DNA from: Balanoglossus misakiensis
Lineage: Eukaryota > Animalia > Hemichordata
DNA length: 64,000 bases
NCBI GenBank assembly: GCA_040954595.2
Contig: JBECUI020000032.1
Location: 152,570-216,569, forward strand
Direction: 5' to 3'
A model generated the notes under the pieces. It ran no database searches. It was not told the origin of the DNA and saw only the letters and a list, made by a program, of their open reading frames with translations. The position numbers and the translations under genes were made by a program. This document shows positions 11,145-21,747 of the stretch, piece after piece. Each line of letters starts with the position of its first letter. Within the stretch, counting starts at the first letter, position 1.

Positions 11145-11173
11145 ACCCTATCGTAGTTATTCTTTTTTGTCAA
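11145..11173 (-). promoter_or_regulatory. sigma70-like promoter of paralog C
   Basis: TTGACA-N17-TAGGGT. Confidence 0.55.
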
Positions 11174-11444
11174 GTCTTTGCCATAGGTAAAAGACTTTTT
11201 GATTGAGCAGTGATCTTGAATAAGGACACTACGCTTCTAAAGCTTATGACGTTTTAGAGGGAATGCCAAGTTTTTTGGAATTATTTTCTGTTTTTGGGAA
11301 GACTTCAGGGTTGGGGTGGCGAGGGAGGGGTCCAGAGGGGGCTGGTTTGGGGAGATGAGCCTTACAAAGGCCCGCACGGACTGCGGGGCTTGGAGGGCAG
11401 GATTGCTGATAGAGGCATCATCCCCGCATTTGCGGGGGTGATGG

Positions 11445-14071
11445 CTAGGGGGTTGGCAGGGGGGTGTCGGGCTGGCCGGGGAAGTTGGTGATGTGGGGGT
11501 GGTAGGGGGGGCTGCCGTTCACCCGGCCTTCAATAATCCACTTGTCGGCGGCCCAGCCTAAGTTGCCGGTGTCGGTGTACCAGCTTGGGGTTTTTAGTTG
11601 ATCCAGGCTGACGGTGCTGCCAGAGGTGTTGGGTGTAGCCTGGGCATTGCCGTCAGGGTCTGTGAAACTCTGATTCACATAGCGGTAGCTGTTGGTTATG
11701 GTGCCTGTATCAATTAGTCCTATCAAACCACCCAGGTCGGCCCCTTGCCCCGAGACATTCCCAGTGGCATAGCTGTTTGTTATGCTACCAAAGTTGTGAT
11801 GACCGACCAAACCACCCACGATGTTCCCTTGCCCCGAGAGATCCCCAGTGGCATAGCTGTTCTCTATGCTGCCTGTGTTGTATCCCACCAAGCCGCCCAA
11901 CGCATTGCTGACCCCGAAACAGTACCGGTGGCATAGCTGTTTGTTATGGAACTAGCATTGCCTCCAAACCAAACCACCCACTTGATCGTCCCCCGAGACA
12001 TCTCCAGTGGCATAGCTGTCGACATCTCCAGTGGCATAGCTGTCTGTTATGGTAGCACGGGCTCTGTCCAACCAAACCACCCACGCTGTCCTCCTGACCC
12101 GAGACATCTCCAGTGGCATAGCTGCCTGTTATGGCAAAACCAATGTTGTTTCCAACCAAACCACCCACACCACCGAGCCCCGAAACAGTACCAGTGGCAT
12201 AGCTGTCTGTTATGGGACCAATTTTGAGTCCGACCAAAACCACCTACACTGCTACTCTGCCCTGATACATTCCCGGTGGCATAGCTGCTCGTTATGCTGC
12301 CCATTTGCCCGCTGGATCCAACCAAACCACCCACGTAGTCCCCCTGACCCGAGACATCTCCAGTGGTATAGCTAGCCCTTATACTGCCGTTGCTGTACCC
12401 AGCCAAGCCTCCCACATACTCCTGCCCCGTGACAGAAGCCGTAGCATAGCTGCCTATAATCTCTCCCTCGTTATCCCCAACCAAACTACCTACGAAAGAA
12501 TTACCCGAGAAAGAGCCACCCAGCAGTTCCAGATCCTTAATTTGACCTCCAGCAACCGTGGTCCCCAAAAAACCGACTCTATTAGCTAAAGGTGTCGTGA
12601 CGGTCATTCCCTCGATACTGTGGTTTTTACCATCAAAACTCCCAGCATATCCACCGCTTAGGTAGTTGCCATCGTCGTCATAAGTTCCAGGGCTAAGAGG
12701 GGTCCAGTTTCCGTTGTCGGCATTGTTGTCGCTGTCAAAGGGGTCATTCTTAACCCCGTCGTTGTCGGCGTCGGCGAAGTGGAGGTTGCTTTTTAATTCG
12801 TAGTTCCAGTTATCGGGGTAGTTTTCACTATCCACGCCGATTTTGGCCAGTTCGCTTAGGCGGTGGATGTACTGCTTGCCGTCGGCGGTGGGGATGAGGG
12901 GAGTGGAATAGCGGTATTCAGCGCTGCCGTCGCTGAGCAGGGCACGCAGGTAGTAGGGCCTTTCATTGCTGACCCCGCTGAGTTCCACTGTCTGAGGGCC
13001 GGGGCTGCCTGTAAAGGAAACCTTCTTGACCATGATGCTTAAAGCCTGGTCGGTGAAGGCCTGGAGTTCTGCTTCTAGTCCTAGGGGAACGCCAACTTCA
13101 ACCGTGATTTTTCCAGAACGGGGAACGGCATCGGTAATGGCGATGCCATGGGGAGAGTAAGGATTAGGAAGCGTTATCCAATCCGTGGAGGCCTCCGGGG
13201 AGACCTGATTCCTTTGGCCCGCAGGCGGTAGGAGGTACCGTCGGTCAGGCCAGTCAGGCTTATCTCCTGGGATGTTGTTGCCGTCGGTTCGGAAACTGCT
13301 GTTGCGGTGGTAGATCCAGCTTCGGTGCGAGCTTCTACGGTAATGCTAACGCCGGGTAGGGGCTTGAGGGTGATGATGAGGCTTTGGTAAGCCTGTCTTA
13401 TGTTTTCAATGACAGAGGGGTCCAAGGCCCGTTCCGGACCGCCGAAGCCGCTCCAGGGGGCTTCAGTGTAGCCTGTTGTTTCTCCGATGGGGTAAAGGAG
13501 GGTGATCCCGGTCAAGGAGGCGGGAAAGGCCTCGGCGGGGCTGCCTGTAAAGCTGGGGGCCCTGGGGGCCAGGACGGTGAGTTTATTAAGGGCCGTTCCG
13601 GCGAAGGCCAGATTGCCGATGGAGGTGTACCGTTACCTATCTGCACTTCGCTCAAGGAGGCAGCTGAGTTGAAGGCCTCGTCTCCTATAGTCGTGACGCT
13701 GTTGGGAATATTTATGCTGGTGAGAATGGAGTTTTTAAAGGCTGCCTCGGCTATGGCCGTAACGGGCTTGTTATAAATGAAAGAGGGTATGCTGAGGTCG
13801 GTGCTGTCTCGTCTTGCCAGACCAGTTATAGTGATTTCCCTGCCTTCGTCCTGGTAGGTAAGTGCGTCGAAACTAGGGGGGGCGGTGAGGTTGCTGCAGG
13901 AAGTTATCAGGTAGAAAACGAAAAGGGAAAGACCAACTTTAGTGGCTAGGGTTTTTCTATGCTGTCTTACGCGGGGAAGTGGGAAGTGAGTGAGTGAGTG
14001 AGTGAGTGAGTGAGTGAGTGAGTGAGTGAGTGAGTGAGTGAGTGAGTGAGTGAGTTGGTAAATAAATTCAT
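11445..14071 (-). CDS. Lipoprotein paralog D (LRR-Fn3-GLUG) with 5' (CACT)17; frameshifted as assembled
   Basis: ATG at 14071; lipobox LITSC. ORF pieces 13174-13515, 12047-13033, 11944-12243 and 11445-11900. Confidence 0.8.
13985..14052 (-). repeat. (CACT)17 SSR inside the 5' end of paralog D, with an adjacent 7-nt duplication
   Basis: 68 nt of AGTG on the plus strand; gggaagt is duplicated at the left edge of the tract. Confidence 0.95.
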
Positions 14072-14103
14072 ATGCTGGATCTCCTTACAAATTTGATTGG
14101 TTT

Positions 14104-14132
14104 ATCCTATCGTAGTTATTCTTTTTTGTCAA
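14104..14132 (-). promoter_or_regulatory. sigma70-like promoter of paralog D
   Basis: TTGACA-N17-TAGGAT. Confidence 0.7.
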
Positions 14133-14404
14133 GTCTTTGCCATAGGTAAAAGACTTTTTGATTGAGCAGTGATATTGAATAATGACACTACGCTTCTAAA
14201 GCTTATTTGCTTTTTAGAGGGAAAACCAAATTTTTTGGAATTATTTTCTGTTTTGGGGAAGACTTCGGGGTTGGGGTGGCGATGGAGAGGTCCAGGGGGG
14301 GGCAGGTTGGGGGAGATGAGCCTTACAAGGCCCGCACGGACTGCGGGGCTTGGAGGGCGGGATTGCTGGTAGAGGCATCATCCCCGCATTTGCGGGGGTG
14401 ATGG

Positions 14405-16945
14405 CTAGGGGGTTGGTAGGGGGGTGTCGGGCTGGCCGGGGAAGTTGGTGATGTGGGGGTGGTAGGGGGGGCTGCCGTTCACCCGGCCTTCAATAATCCA
14501 CTTGTCGGCGGCCCAGCCTAAGTTGCCGGTGTCGGTGTACCAGCTTGGGGTTTTTAGTTGATCCAGGCTGACGGTGCTGCCAGAGGTGTTGGGTGTAGCC
14601 TGGGCATTGCCGTCAGGGTCTGTGAAACTCTGATTCACATAGCGGTAGCTGTTGGTTATGGTGCCTGTATCAATTAGTCCTATCAAACCACCCAGGTCGG
14701 CCCCTTGCCCCGAGACATTCCCAGTGGCATAGCTGTTTGTTATGCTACCGAAGTTGTGATTACCGACCAAACCACCCACGATGTTCCCTTGCCCCGAGAG
14801 ATCCCCAGTGGCATAGCTGTTCTCTATGCTGCCTGAGTTGACTCCCGCCAAGCCGCCCAACTCGTCGCTGACCCCCGAAACAGTACCGGTGGCATAGCTA
14901 GCCCTTATGCTGCTGGTGGTGTCTCCAACCAAACCACCCACTTGTGTCCCCTGACCCGAGACATCCCCAGTGGCATAGCTACCGCTTATGGTAGCCCAGG
15001 AGCGCCCCGACCAAACCACCCACACTACCGTCCCCCGAGACATCTCCAGTGGCATAGCTGTCTGTTATGGGAGCAAGGGTACGTCCGACCAAACCACCTA
15101 CAAGGTCTCTCTGCCCTGAGACATTCCCGGTGGCATAGCTGCTCGTTATGCTGCCCCTTCTCCAGCTGAGTCCAACCAAACCACCCACGAAGACCCCTAC
15201 ATTGTTGCCCCCATGACCTGATACATCTCCAGTGGCATAGCTAGCCCTTATACTGCCGTTGCTGTACCCAGCCAAGCCTCCCACATACTCCTGCCCCGTG
15301 GCAGAAGCCGTAGAATAGCTGCCTATAATCTCTCCCTTGTTATCCCCAACCAAACTACCTACGTTAGAATTACCCGAGAAAGAGCCACCCAGCAGTGCCA
15401 GATCCTTAATTTGACCTCCAGCAACCATCAAATTAAAAAAAACCGACTCTATTAGCTAAAGGTGTCGTGACGGTCATTCCCTCGATACTGTGGTTTTTAC
15501 CATCAAAACTCCCACCATACCCACCGCTTAGGTAGTTTCCATCGTCGTCATAAATTCCAGGCTAAGAGGGGTCCAGTTTCCGTTGTCGGCATCATCGTCG
15601 CTGTCGTAATGGTCGTTCATTACCCCATCGTTGTCAGCGTCGGCGAAGTTGAGTCCCATGCTTAGCTCGTAGTTCCAGTTATCGGGGTAGTTTTCACTAT
15701 CCACTCCGATTTTGGCCAGTTCACTCAGGCGGTGGATGTACTGCTTGCCGTCGGCGGTGGGGATGAGGGGAGTGGAATAGCGGTATTCAGCGCTGCCGTC
15801 GCTGAGCTGGGCACGCAGGTAGTAGGCGGTCTCGTTACTGACCCCGCTGAGTTCCACTGTCTGAGGGGCGAGGCTGCCTGTAAAGGAAACCTGCTTGACC
15901 ATGATGTTTAAAGCCTGGTCGGTGAAGGCCTGGAGTTCTGCTTCTAGTCCTAGGGAATGCCAACTTCAACCATGATTTTTCCAGAACGGGGAACGGCATC
16001 GGTAATGACGATGCCATGGGGAGAGTAAGGATTAGGAAGCGTTATCCAATCCGTGGAGGCCTCCGGGGAGACCTGATTCCCTTTGGCCCGCAGGCGGTAG
16101 GAGGTACCGTCGGTCAGGCCAGTCAGGCTTATCTCCTGGGATGTTGTTGCCGTCGGTTCGGAAACTGCTGTTGCGGTGGTAGATCCAGCTTCGGTGTGAG
16201 CTTCTACGGTAATGCTAACGCCGGGTAGGGGCTTGAGGTGATGATGAGGCTTTGGTAAGCCTGTCTTATATTTTCAATGACAGAGGGGTCCAAGGCCCGT
16301 TCTGGACCGCCGAAGCCGCTCCAGGGGGCTTCAGTGTAGCCTGTTGTTTCTCCCGATGGGGTAAAGGAGGGTGATCCCGGTCAAGGGGGCAGGAAAGGCC
16401 TCGGCGGGGCTGCCTATAAAGCTGGGGGCCCTTGGGGCCAGGATGCTTAGCTTGTTGAGGGCCGTTCCGGCGAAGGCCAGATTGCCGATGGAGGTGATAC
16501 CGTTACCTATCTGCACTTCGCTCAAGGAGGCAGCTGAGTTGAAGGCCTCGTCTCCTATAGTCGTGACGCTGTTGGGAATATTTATGCTGGTGAGAATGGA
16601 GTTTTTAAAGGCTGCCTCGGCTATGGCCGTAACGGGCTTGTTATAAATGAAAGAGGGTATGCTGAGGTCGGTGCTGTCTTGTCTTGCCAGACCAGTTATA
16701 GTGATTTCCCTGCCTTCGTCCTGGTAGGTAAGTGCGTCGAAACTAGGGGGGCGGTGAGGTTGCTGCAGGAAGTTATCAGGTAGAAAACGAAAAGGGAAAG
16801 ACCAACTTTAGTGGCTAGGGTTTTTCTATGTTGTCTTACGCGGGGAAGTGAGTGAGTGAGTGAGTGAGTGAGTGAGTGAGTGAGTGAGTGAGTGAGTGAG
16901 TGAGTGAGTGAGTGAGTGAGTGAGTGAGTTGATAGATAAATTCAT
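14405..16945 (-). CDS. Lipoprotein paralog E (LRR-Fn3-GLUG) with 5' (CACT)20; frameshifted as assembled
   Basis: ATG at 16945; lipobox LITSC. ORF pieces 16331-16525, 15528-15902, 14979-15431 and 14405-15055. Confidence 0.8.
16847..16926 (-). repeat. (CACT)20 SSR inside the 5' end of paralog E
   Basis: 80 nt of AGTG on the plus strand. Confidence 0.95.
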
Positions 16946-16977
16946 ATGCTGGATCTCCTTACAAATTTGATTGGTCT

Positions 16978-17005
16978 ATCCTATCGTAGGTATTCTTTTT
17001 GTCAA
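16978..17005 (-). promoter_or_regulatory. sigma70-like promoter of paralog E
   Basis: TTGACA-N16-TAGGAT; the spacer A-run is one base shorter than in D. Confidence 0.6.
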
Positions 17006-17192
17006 GTCTTTTCTATAGGTAAAAGACTTTTTGATTGAGCAGTGATATTGAATAATGACACTACGCTTCTAAAGCTTATTGCGTTTTAGAGGGAATGCCA
17101 AGTTTTTTGGAATTATTTTCTGTTTTTGGGAAAGACTTCGGGGTTGGGGTGGCGATGGAGAGGTCCAGGGGGGGCAGGTTGGGGGAGATGAG

Positions 17193-17275
17193 CCTTCCAA
17201 GGCCCGCACGGACTGCGGGGCTTGGAGGGCGGGATTGCTGGTAGAGGCATCATTCCCGCATTTGCGGGGGTGATG
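17193..17275. repeat. Double-hairpin element downstream of family genes (also at ~8439-8521, 11359-11443, 14321-14403, 63647-63730)
   Basis: Sense strand CATCACCCCCGCA-AA-TGCGGGGATGATG and CCTCCAAGCCCCGCAGTCCGTGCGGGCCTTGGAAGG; no U-tract follows. Confidence 0.8.
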
Positions 17276-17276
17276 G

Positions 17277-20177
17277 CTAGGGGGTTGGGAGGGGGGTGTT
17301 GGGTTGGTTGGGGAAGTTGGTGATGTGGGGGTGGTAGGGGGGGGTACCGTTCACCCGGCCTTCAATAATCCACTTGTCGGCGGCCCAGCCTAAGTTGCCG
17401 GTGTCGGTGTACCAGCTTGGGGTTTTTAGTTGATCCAGGCTGACGGTGCTGCCAGAGGTGTTGGGGTTGGCTTTGGCATTGCCGTCAGGGTCTGTGATAC
17501 TCTGATTCGCATAGCGGTAGCTGTTGGTTATGGTGCCTGTATTAATTAGTCCTATCAAACCACCCAGGTCGGCCCCTTGCCCCGAGACATTCCCAGTGGC
17601 ATAGCTGTTTGTTATGCTACCAAAGTTGTGATTACCGACCAAACCACCCACGATGTTCCCTTGCCCCGAGACATTCCCAGTGGCATAGCTGTTTGTTATG
17701 CTACCGCCGTTGTTCCCAGCCAAGCCTCCCACATACCACCCCCACCCCGAGACATCCCCTGTGGCATAGCTGCCTGTTATGCTACCGCCGCCGTTGTCCC
17801 CAGCCAAGCCTCCCACGAGACCCCCCTGAGTCGAGGTGACAACCCCAGTGGAATAGCTATCATTTATGCTGCCGCTGCTGGACCCAGCCAAGCCTCCCAC
17901 GAGACCCCCCTGAGTCGAGGTGACAACCCCAGTGGAATAGCTCTCTGTTATGACCCCACTATTGTATCCAACCAAACCACCCACTTTATTCCACTGACCT
18001 GAGACATCTCCGGTGGAATAGCTATCACTTATGCTGCCGCTGCTGGACCCAGCCAAGCCACCAACCTCATCCCACTGACCCGTGACAGAACCCGTAGCAT
18101 AGCTGCCTGTTATGGTTCCACCCGATACTCCAGCCAAGCCACCAACGCTGCTGTTACCCCTAACATCTCCGGTGGAATAGCTATCACTTATGCTGCCGCT
18201 GCTGGACCCAGCCAAGCCACCAACCTCATCCCCCTGACCCGTGACAGAACCCGTAGCATAGCTGCCTGTTATGGTTCCACCCGATACTCCAGCCAAGCCA
18301 CCAACGCTGCTGTTACCCCTGACATCTCCGGTGGAATGGCTATCACTTATGCTGCCGCTGCTGGACCCAGCCAAGCCACCAACCTCATCCCCCTGACCCG
18401 TGACAGAACCCGTAGCATAGCTGCCTGTTATGGTTCCACCCGATACTCCAGCCAAGCCACCAACGCTGCTGCTACCCCTGACATCTCCGGTGGAATGGCT
18501 ATCACTTATGCTGCCGCTGCTGGACCCAGCCAAGCCACCAACCTCATCCCCCTGACCCGTGACATCTCCGGTGGAATAGCTATCACTTATGCTGCCGCTG
18601 CTGGACCCAGCCAAGCCACCAACCTCATCCCCCTGACCCGTGACAGAACCCGTAGCATAGCTGCCTATGATCTCTCCCTCGTTATACCCAATCAAGCTAC
18701 CTACGTTAGAATTCCCCGAGAAAGAGCCACCCAGCAGTTCCAGATCCTTAATTTGACCTCCAGCAAGCATAAAATTAAAAAAACCGACTCTATTAGCTGA
18801 AGCTGTCGTGATGGTCAGTCCCTCGATACTGTGGTTTTTACCATCAAAGTTCCCAGCATATCCACCGCTTAGGTAGTTTCCATCGTCGTCATAAGTTCCA
18901 GGGCTAAGAGGGGTCCAGTTTCCGTTGTCGGCATCATCGTCGCTGTCAAAGGGGTCATCCCTGATCCCGTCGTTGTTCGCGTCAGCGAAGTTGAGGTCCA
19001 TGCTTAGCTCGTAGTTCCAGTTATCGGGGTAGTTTTCACTATCCACTCCGATTTTGGCCAGTTCACTCAGGCGGTGGATGTACTGCTTGCCATTGGCGGT
19101 GGGAATAAGGGGAGTGGAATAGCGGTATTCAGCGCTGCCGTCGCTGAGTAGGGCCCGCAGGTAGTAGGTGATTTCATTGCTGAGTCCGTCTATTTCCACC
19201 GTTGGAGAGTCGGGGTTAATTGTAAAGAAGACTTCTTTGACCATCATGCTAAAATCCTTGTCGCTGAATGCCTGGAGTTTTGCTTCCATTTCTTCTGAGG
19301 CTCTTACTTCAGCAATAATTTTCCCTGTACGGGGGGTAGCATCGGCAATAAAGATACCGTGGGGTTTGTAGGGAGTGAGAAGTGGCACCCAGGCGCTGGG
19401 GGTGCCTGGAAAATTTTGGTATCCTCTGACCCGCAGATGGTAGAAGGTCCCTTCGCTAAGACCAGTCAGGGTTATCTCCTGGGTTGTCGTTGCCCTTGGG
19501 TTTGATTTTGCCGTTGCAACGGCATCGCCGGTGAAGTCGGCTTCTGTGTGGGCTTCTACGGTCAAGGTAGCGCCGTATAGGGGCTTGAGGCTGATGATGA
19601 GCTTTTGAAAACCCGTAGTTATTTTTTCAATGACACTGGATCCCAGGAGAGGGATATGGCGACCGAAGTACCTCCAGGGGGCTCTGTCGTAACCTGTGCT
19701 CCCCAAAGGGTAAACCAGGGAGATTTCTCTTAGGGGAATGGGGAGGATTCCCTCAAGGGGAAAGCCTATGATCCTGGGGGCCTCTGGGGCCAGGATGGTG
19801 AGTGTGTTTAGGGATGTACCGGTAAAGGCTAGACTGCCTATCGATTTAATGCCGTTTCCTATCTGTACTTCGCTTAGGGAGGCAGATAAGTAAAAGGCTT
19901 CGTTTCCTATGGTAGTTACGCTGTCGGGAATGCTTACCCTGCTAAGGGCAGTACCTCTAAAGGCTGCCCTGGCTATGGCGGTAACAGGCTTGTTGTGAAT
20001 GAACGAAGGGATTGTTATGACGGTGCTGTTTTGGTTTACCAGACCAGTTATGGTGATTGTGCTACCTTCGTCCCGATGGGTGAACTCTCCGAGGTTGGGA
20101 GGGGCAGAGGGGTCGGCACAGGAAATTAGAAGGTAACAGAAAAAGTGTAAAATTCCGAAAACTTTGGGACACTTCAT
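17277..20177 (-). CDS. Lipoprotein paralog F (LRR-Fn3-GLUG), intact, no SSR, longest GLUG array
   Basis: 966 aa ORF; lipobox LLISC; BspA-type LRR; about 15 GLUG-type repeats. Confidence 0.9.
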   Translation of the reverse strand: MKCPKVFGILHFFCYLLISCADPSAPPNLGEFTHRDEGSTITITGLVNQNSTVITIPSFIHNKPVTAIARAAFRGTALSRVSIPDSVTTIGNEAFYLSASLSEVQIGNGIKSIGSLAFTGTSLNTLTILAPEAPRIIGFPLEGILPIPLREISLVYPLGSTGYDRAPWRYFGRHIPLLGSSVIEKITTGFQKLIISLKPLYGATLTVEAHTEADFTGDAVATAKSNPRATTTQEITLTGLSEGTFYHLRVRGYQNFPGTPSAWVPLLTPYKPHGIFIADATPRTGKIIAEVRASEEMEAKLQAFSDKDFSMMVKEVFFTINPDSPTVEIDGLSNEITYYLRALLSDGSAEYRYSTPLIPTANGKQYIHRLSELAKIGVDSENYPDNWNYELSMDLNFADANNDGIRDDPFDSDDDADNGNWTPLSPGTYDDDGNYLSGGYAGNFDGKNHSIEGLTITTASANRVGFFNFMLAGGQIKDLELLGGSFSGNSNVGSLIGYNEGEIIGSYATGSVTGQGDEVGGLAGSSSGSISDSYSTGDVTGQGDEVGGLAGSSSGSISDSHSTGDVRGSSSVGGLAGVSGGTITGSYATGSVTGQGDEVGGLAGSSSGSISDSHSTGDVRGNSSVGGLAGVSGGTITGSYATGSVTGQGDEVGGLAGSSSGSISDSYSTGDVRGNSSVGGLAGVSGGTITGSYATGSVTGQWDEVGGLAGSSSGSISDSYSTGDVSGQWNKVGGLVGYNSGVITESYSTGVVTSTQGGLVGGLAGSSSGSINDSYSTGVVTSTQGGLVGGLAGDNGGGSITGSYATGDVSGWGWYVGGLAGNNGGSITNSYATGNVSGQGNIVGGLVGNHNFGSITNSYATGNVSGQGADLGGLIGLINTGTITNSYRYANQSITDPDGNAKANPNTSGSTVSLDQLKTPSWYTDTGNLGWAADKWIIEGRVNGTPPYHPHITNFPNQPNTPLPTP
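18063..18660. repeat. Near-identical intragenic tandem repeats (159-nt period x3, plus an 81-nt unit) encoding GLUG pairs
   Basis: aacctcatccc recurs at 18063, 18222, 18381, 18540 and 18621. Confidence 0.9.
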
Positions 20178-20284
20178 ACTTCATACTTTATCACTTGAGA
20201 TGAAATAAAACCAGAGTAATGGCAATGTCTGCTCTTAACTCATAAGGAGGATTGGGAGATTTTAGGGGAACGGAAGAGGGCCCC

Positions 20285-20358
20285 TGCGTCAGGGATTGGA
20301 GGGGCGCCGAAGGCGGTCCGGCAGGACCGTTAGCCCCGGAAAGCCCGCCCGGACGCCC
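20285..20358 (-). ncRNA. Structured repeat, Flavo-1 RNA motif-like (copy 2)
   Basis: Same element as 4229-4302; lies between the crp-like gene and paralog F. Confidence 0.55.
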
Positions 20359-20408
20359 TAAAAAAGCTTGCCTATCGTGGGGTAAGAAGGAGCGTTCAGC
20401 TCTGAGGG

Positions 20409-21653
20409 CTAAAATCCCCTTTCTCTTTGCATTTCCCGTTCTCGACGGGAATTTTTTACTTTTTCCATTTTCCGGTAGTAGTCGGAAGATTTTTTAATTT
20501 CCAGAACGTCGGAGGCATAGAGCCAGTTGCCTGTTATCTGAAGGTCCTTGTTTCCCATTAGTTTGGCTAGGGAGACTTTGCCTTCGGCTTTGGAAAGGCC
20601 TACCATGTTGATCAATTCGTTGGGCCCAAAGCCAAAGGTGTGGGCTTGGCGGGATGAAAGGTCTACCCGAGATTTCTCCAGTTCCAGGACAAGACGGTCA
20701 TAAAGACGACCGACGGGATCTTCTATAAGGGCGTTGCCAAGCTGCCTGTTAAGAATCCATACCCTTTCGGCTAGCAAGACGGTCAGCCTGGAGATGACTT
20801 TGGGTTGATCCACGACCATGGCTTTGAAGTTGCTCCGACTTACGGCCATCATTACCGATTCTTCGTGGGCAATGGCTGAGGCACTGCGAGGTTTATTTTC
20901 TAAGAGGGCCATTTCTCCGAAGATGTCTCCAGGTTTGAGCAGGGCTAGCAGGACTTCGTTGTTGTCGACAATTTTGGTAATCCTAATGCTGCCTTTCTGG
21001 ATAATATAGAGTTCTGGACCGGATTCTCCTTCGGAAAAAATCATGGTGTTCTTGGGGTAGGTGCGGATAAAGTCTGAAGAATTGGGGATGTCAAGGTTGG
21101 CTACGGTGGCATAGGGTTTGATTTTTTTCATTCTCTCCTTGGCTACGGCAAGGTTGGTGCCAGTGGGGTTGGCTTGGCAGTATTTGTAATAGGCGTAGTA
21201 AGCTTGGTTAAATTGATTCTGCCGGGCATAGTACTCAGCGACGTTGAAGAGATGACGTTCGTCTATTTCTGCCGAACTTTTAAAGGTTATGCGAGTGAGG
21301 GCTTCGTCTAAACTTCTTACCAGCCGAGAAAAGTTGTTGATCATTTTCATGGCCACAGGAGTGTTGCGCTCGATTAACAAAGGATACTGGTGTGGGCGAA
21401 CAGCAATAAAGGTGCAGTCTACTAAAGCCAGTGCAGTGTCAATGTGACTATGATTGGACATGGTGGAGACTACGCCAAAAAAATCTCCAGGCTTAAGAAG
21501 GTTGGAATCCCTTTCTTCGGGAATTTCCAATTCCTTCTCAATCCTTACCCTGCCTGAGCGAATAATATAGAACTGGGTCGCATGTTTCCCCTCAATGGTA
21601 ATATACGCTCCCTTATTGTATTTCACCAAATCCAGTTGGAGGGGGTTCGGCAT
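20409..21653 (-). CDS. Crp/Fnr-family protein with two cNMP-binding domains and a TPR-like linker
   Basis: Two cNMP domains (LKPGDFFG; LKPGDIFGEMALLENKPRSASA) and a C-terminal HTH-like region. Confidence 0.85.
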   Translation of the reverse strand: MPNPLQLDLVKYNKGAYITIEGKHATQFYIIRSGRVRIEKELEIPEERDSNLLKPGDFFGVVSTMSNHSHIDTALALVDCTFIAVRPHQYPLLIERNTPVAMKMINNFSRLVRSLDEALTRITFKSSAEIDERHLFNVAEYYARQNQFNQAYYAYYKYCQANPTGTNLAVAKERMKKIKPYATVANLDIPNSSDFIRTYPKNTMIFSEGESGPELYIIQKGSIRITKIVDNNEVLLALLKPGDIFGEMALLENKPRSASAIAHEESVMMAVSRSNFKAMVVDQPKVISRLTVLLAERVWILNRQLGNALIEDPVGRLYDRLVLELEKSRVDLSSRQAHTFGFGPNELINMVGLSKAEGKVSLAKLMGNKDLQITGNWLYASDVLEIKKSSDYYRKMEKVKNSRREREMQRERGF

Positions 21654-21747
21654 GATGCCTCCTATAATTACAAGCTTATTTTAGAGATGACAGAGAGAAA
21701 CGTCAAGATCACATAAAACATAAACTTCTGCATGTGGTTTTTCCTGC

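Noticed and set aside
5418-16800. Internal frameshifts in paralogs B-E as additional phase-variable sites
   Set aside because: Mostly +/-1 differences in short homopolymers (for example G6 versus G7 after the lipobox), indistinguishable from the background error seen in core genes.
17577-18720. CRISPR array or DGR template/variable repeats
   Set aside because: The repeats are in-frame coding units without unique spacers. There is no cas or reverse transcriptase gene in the window, and the differences are not confined to adenines.
5856-18800. Plus-strand ORFs with PRDISSGIA repeats and other long antisense ORFs
   Set aside because: Shadows of the GLUG-coding strand; no independent signals.
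5418-20177. Invertase/shufflon-type switching of the array
   Set aside because: All copies in the cluster are co-oriented, and no site-specific recombinase is encoded in the window.
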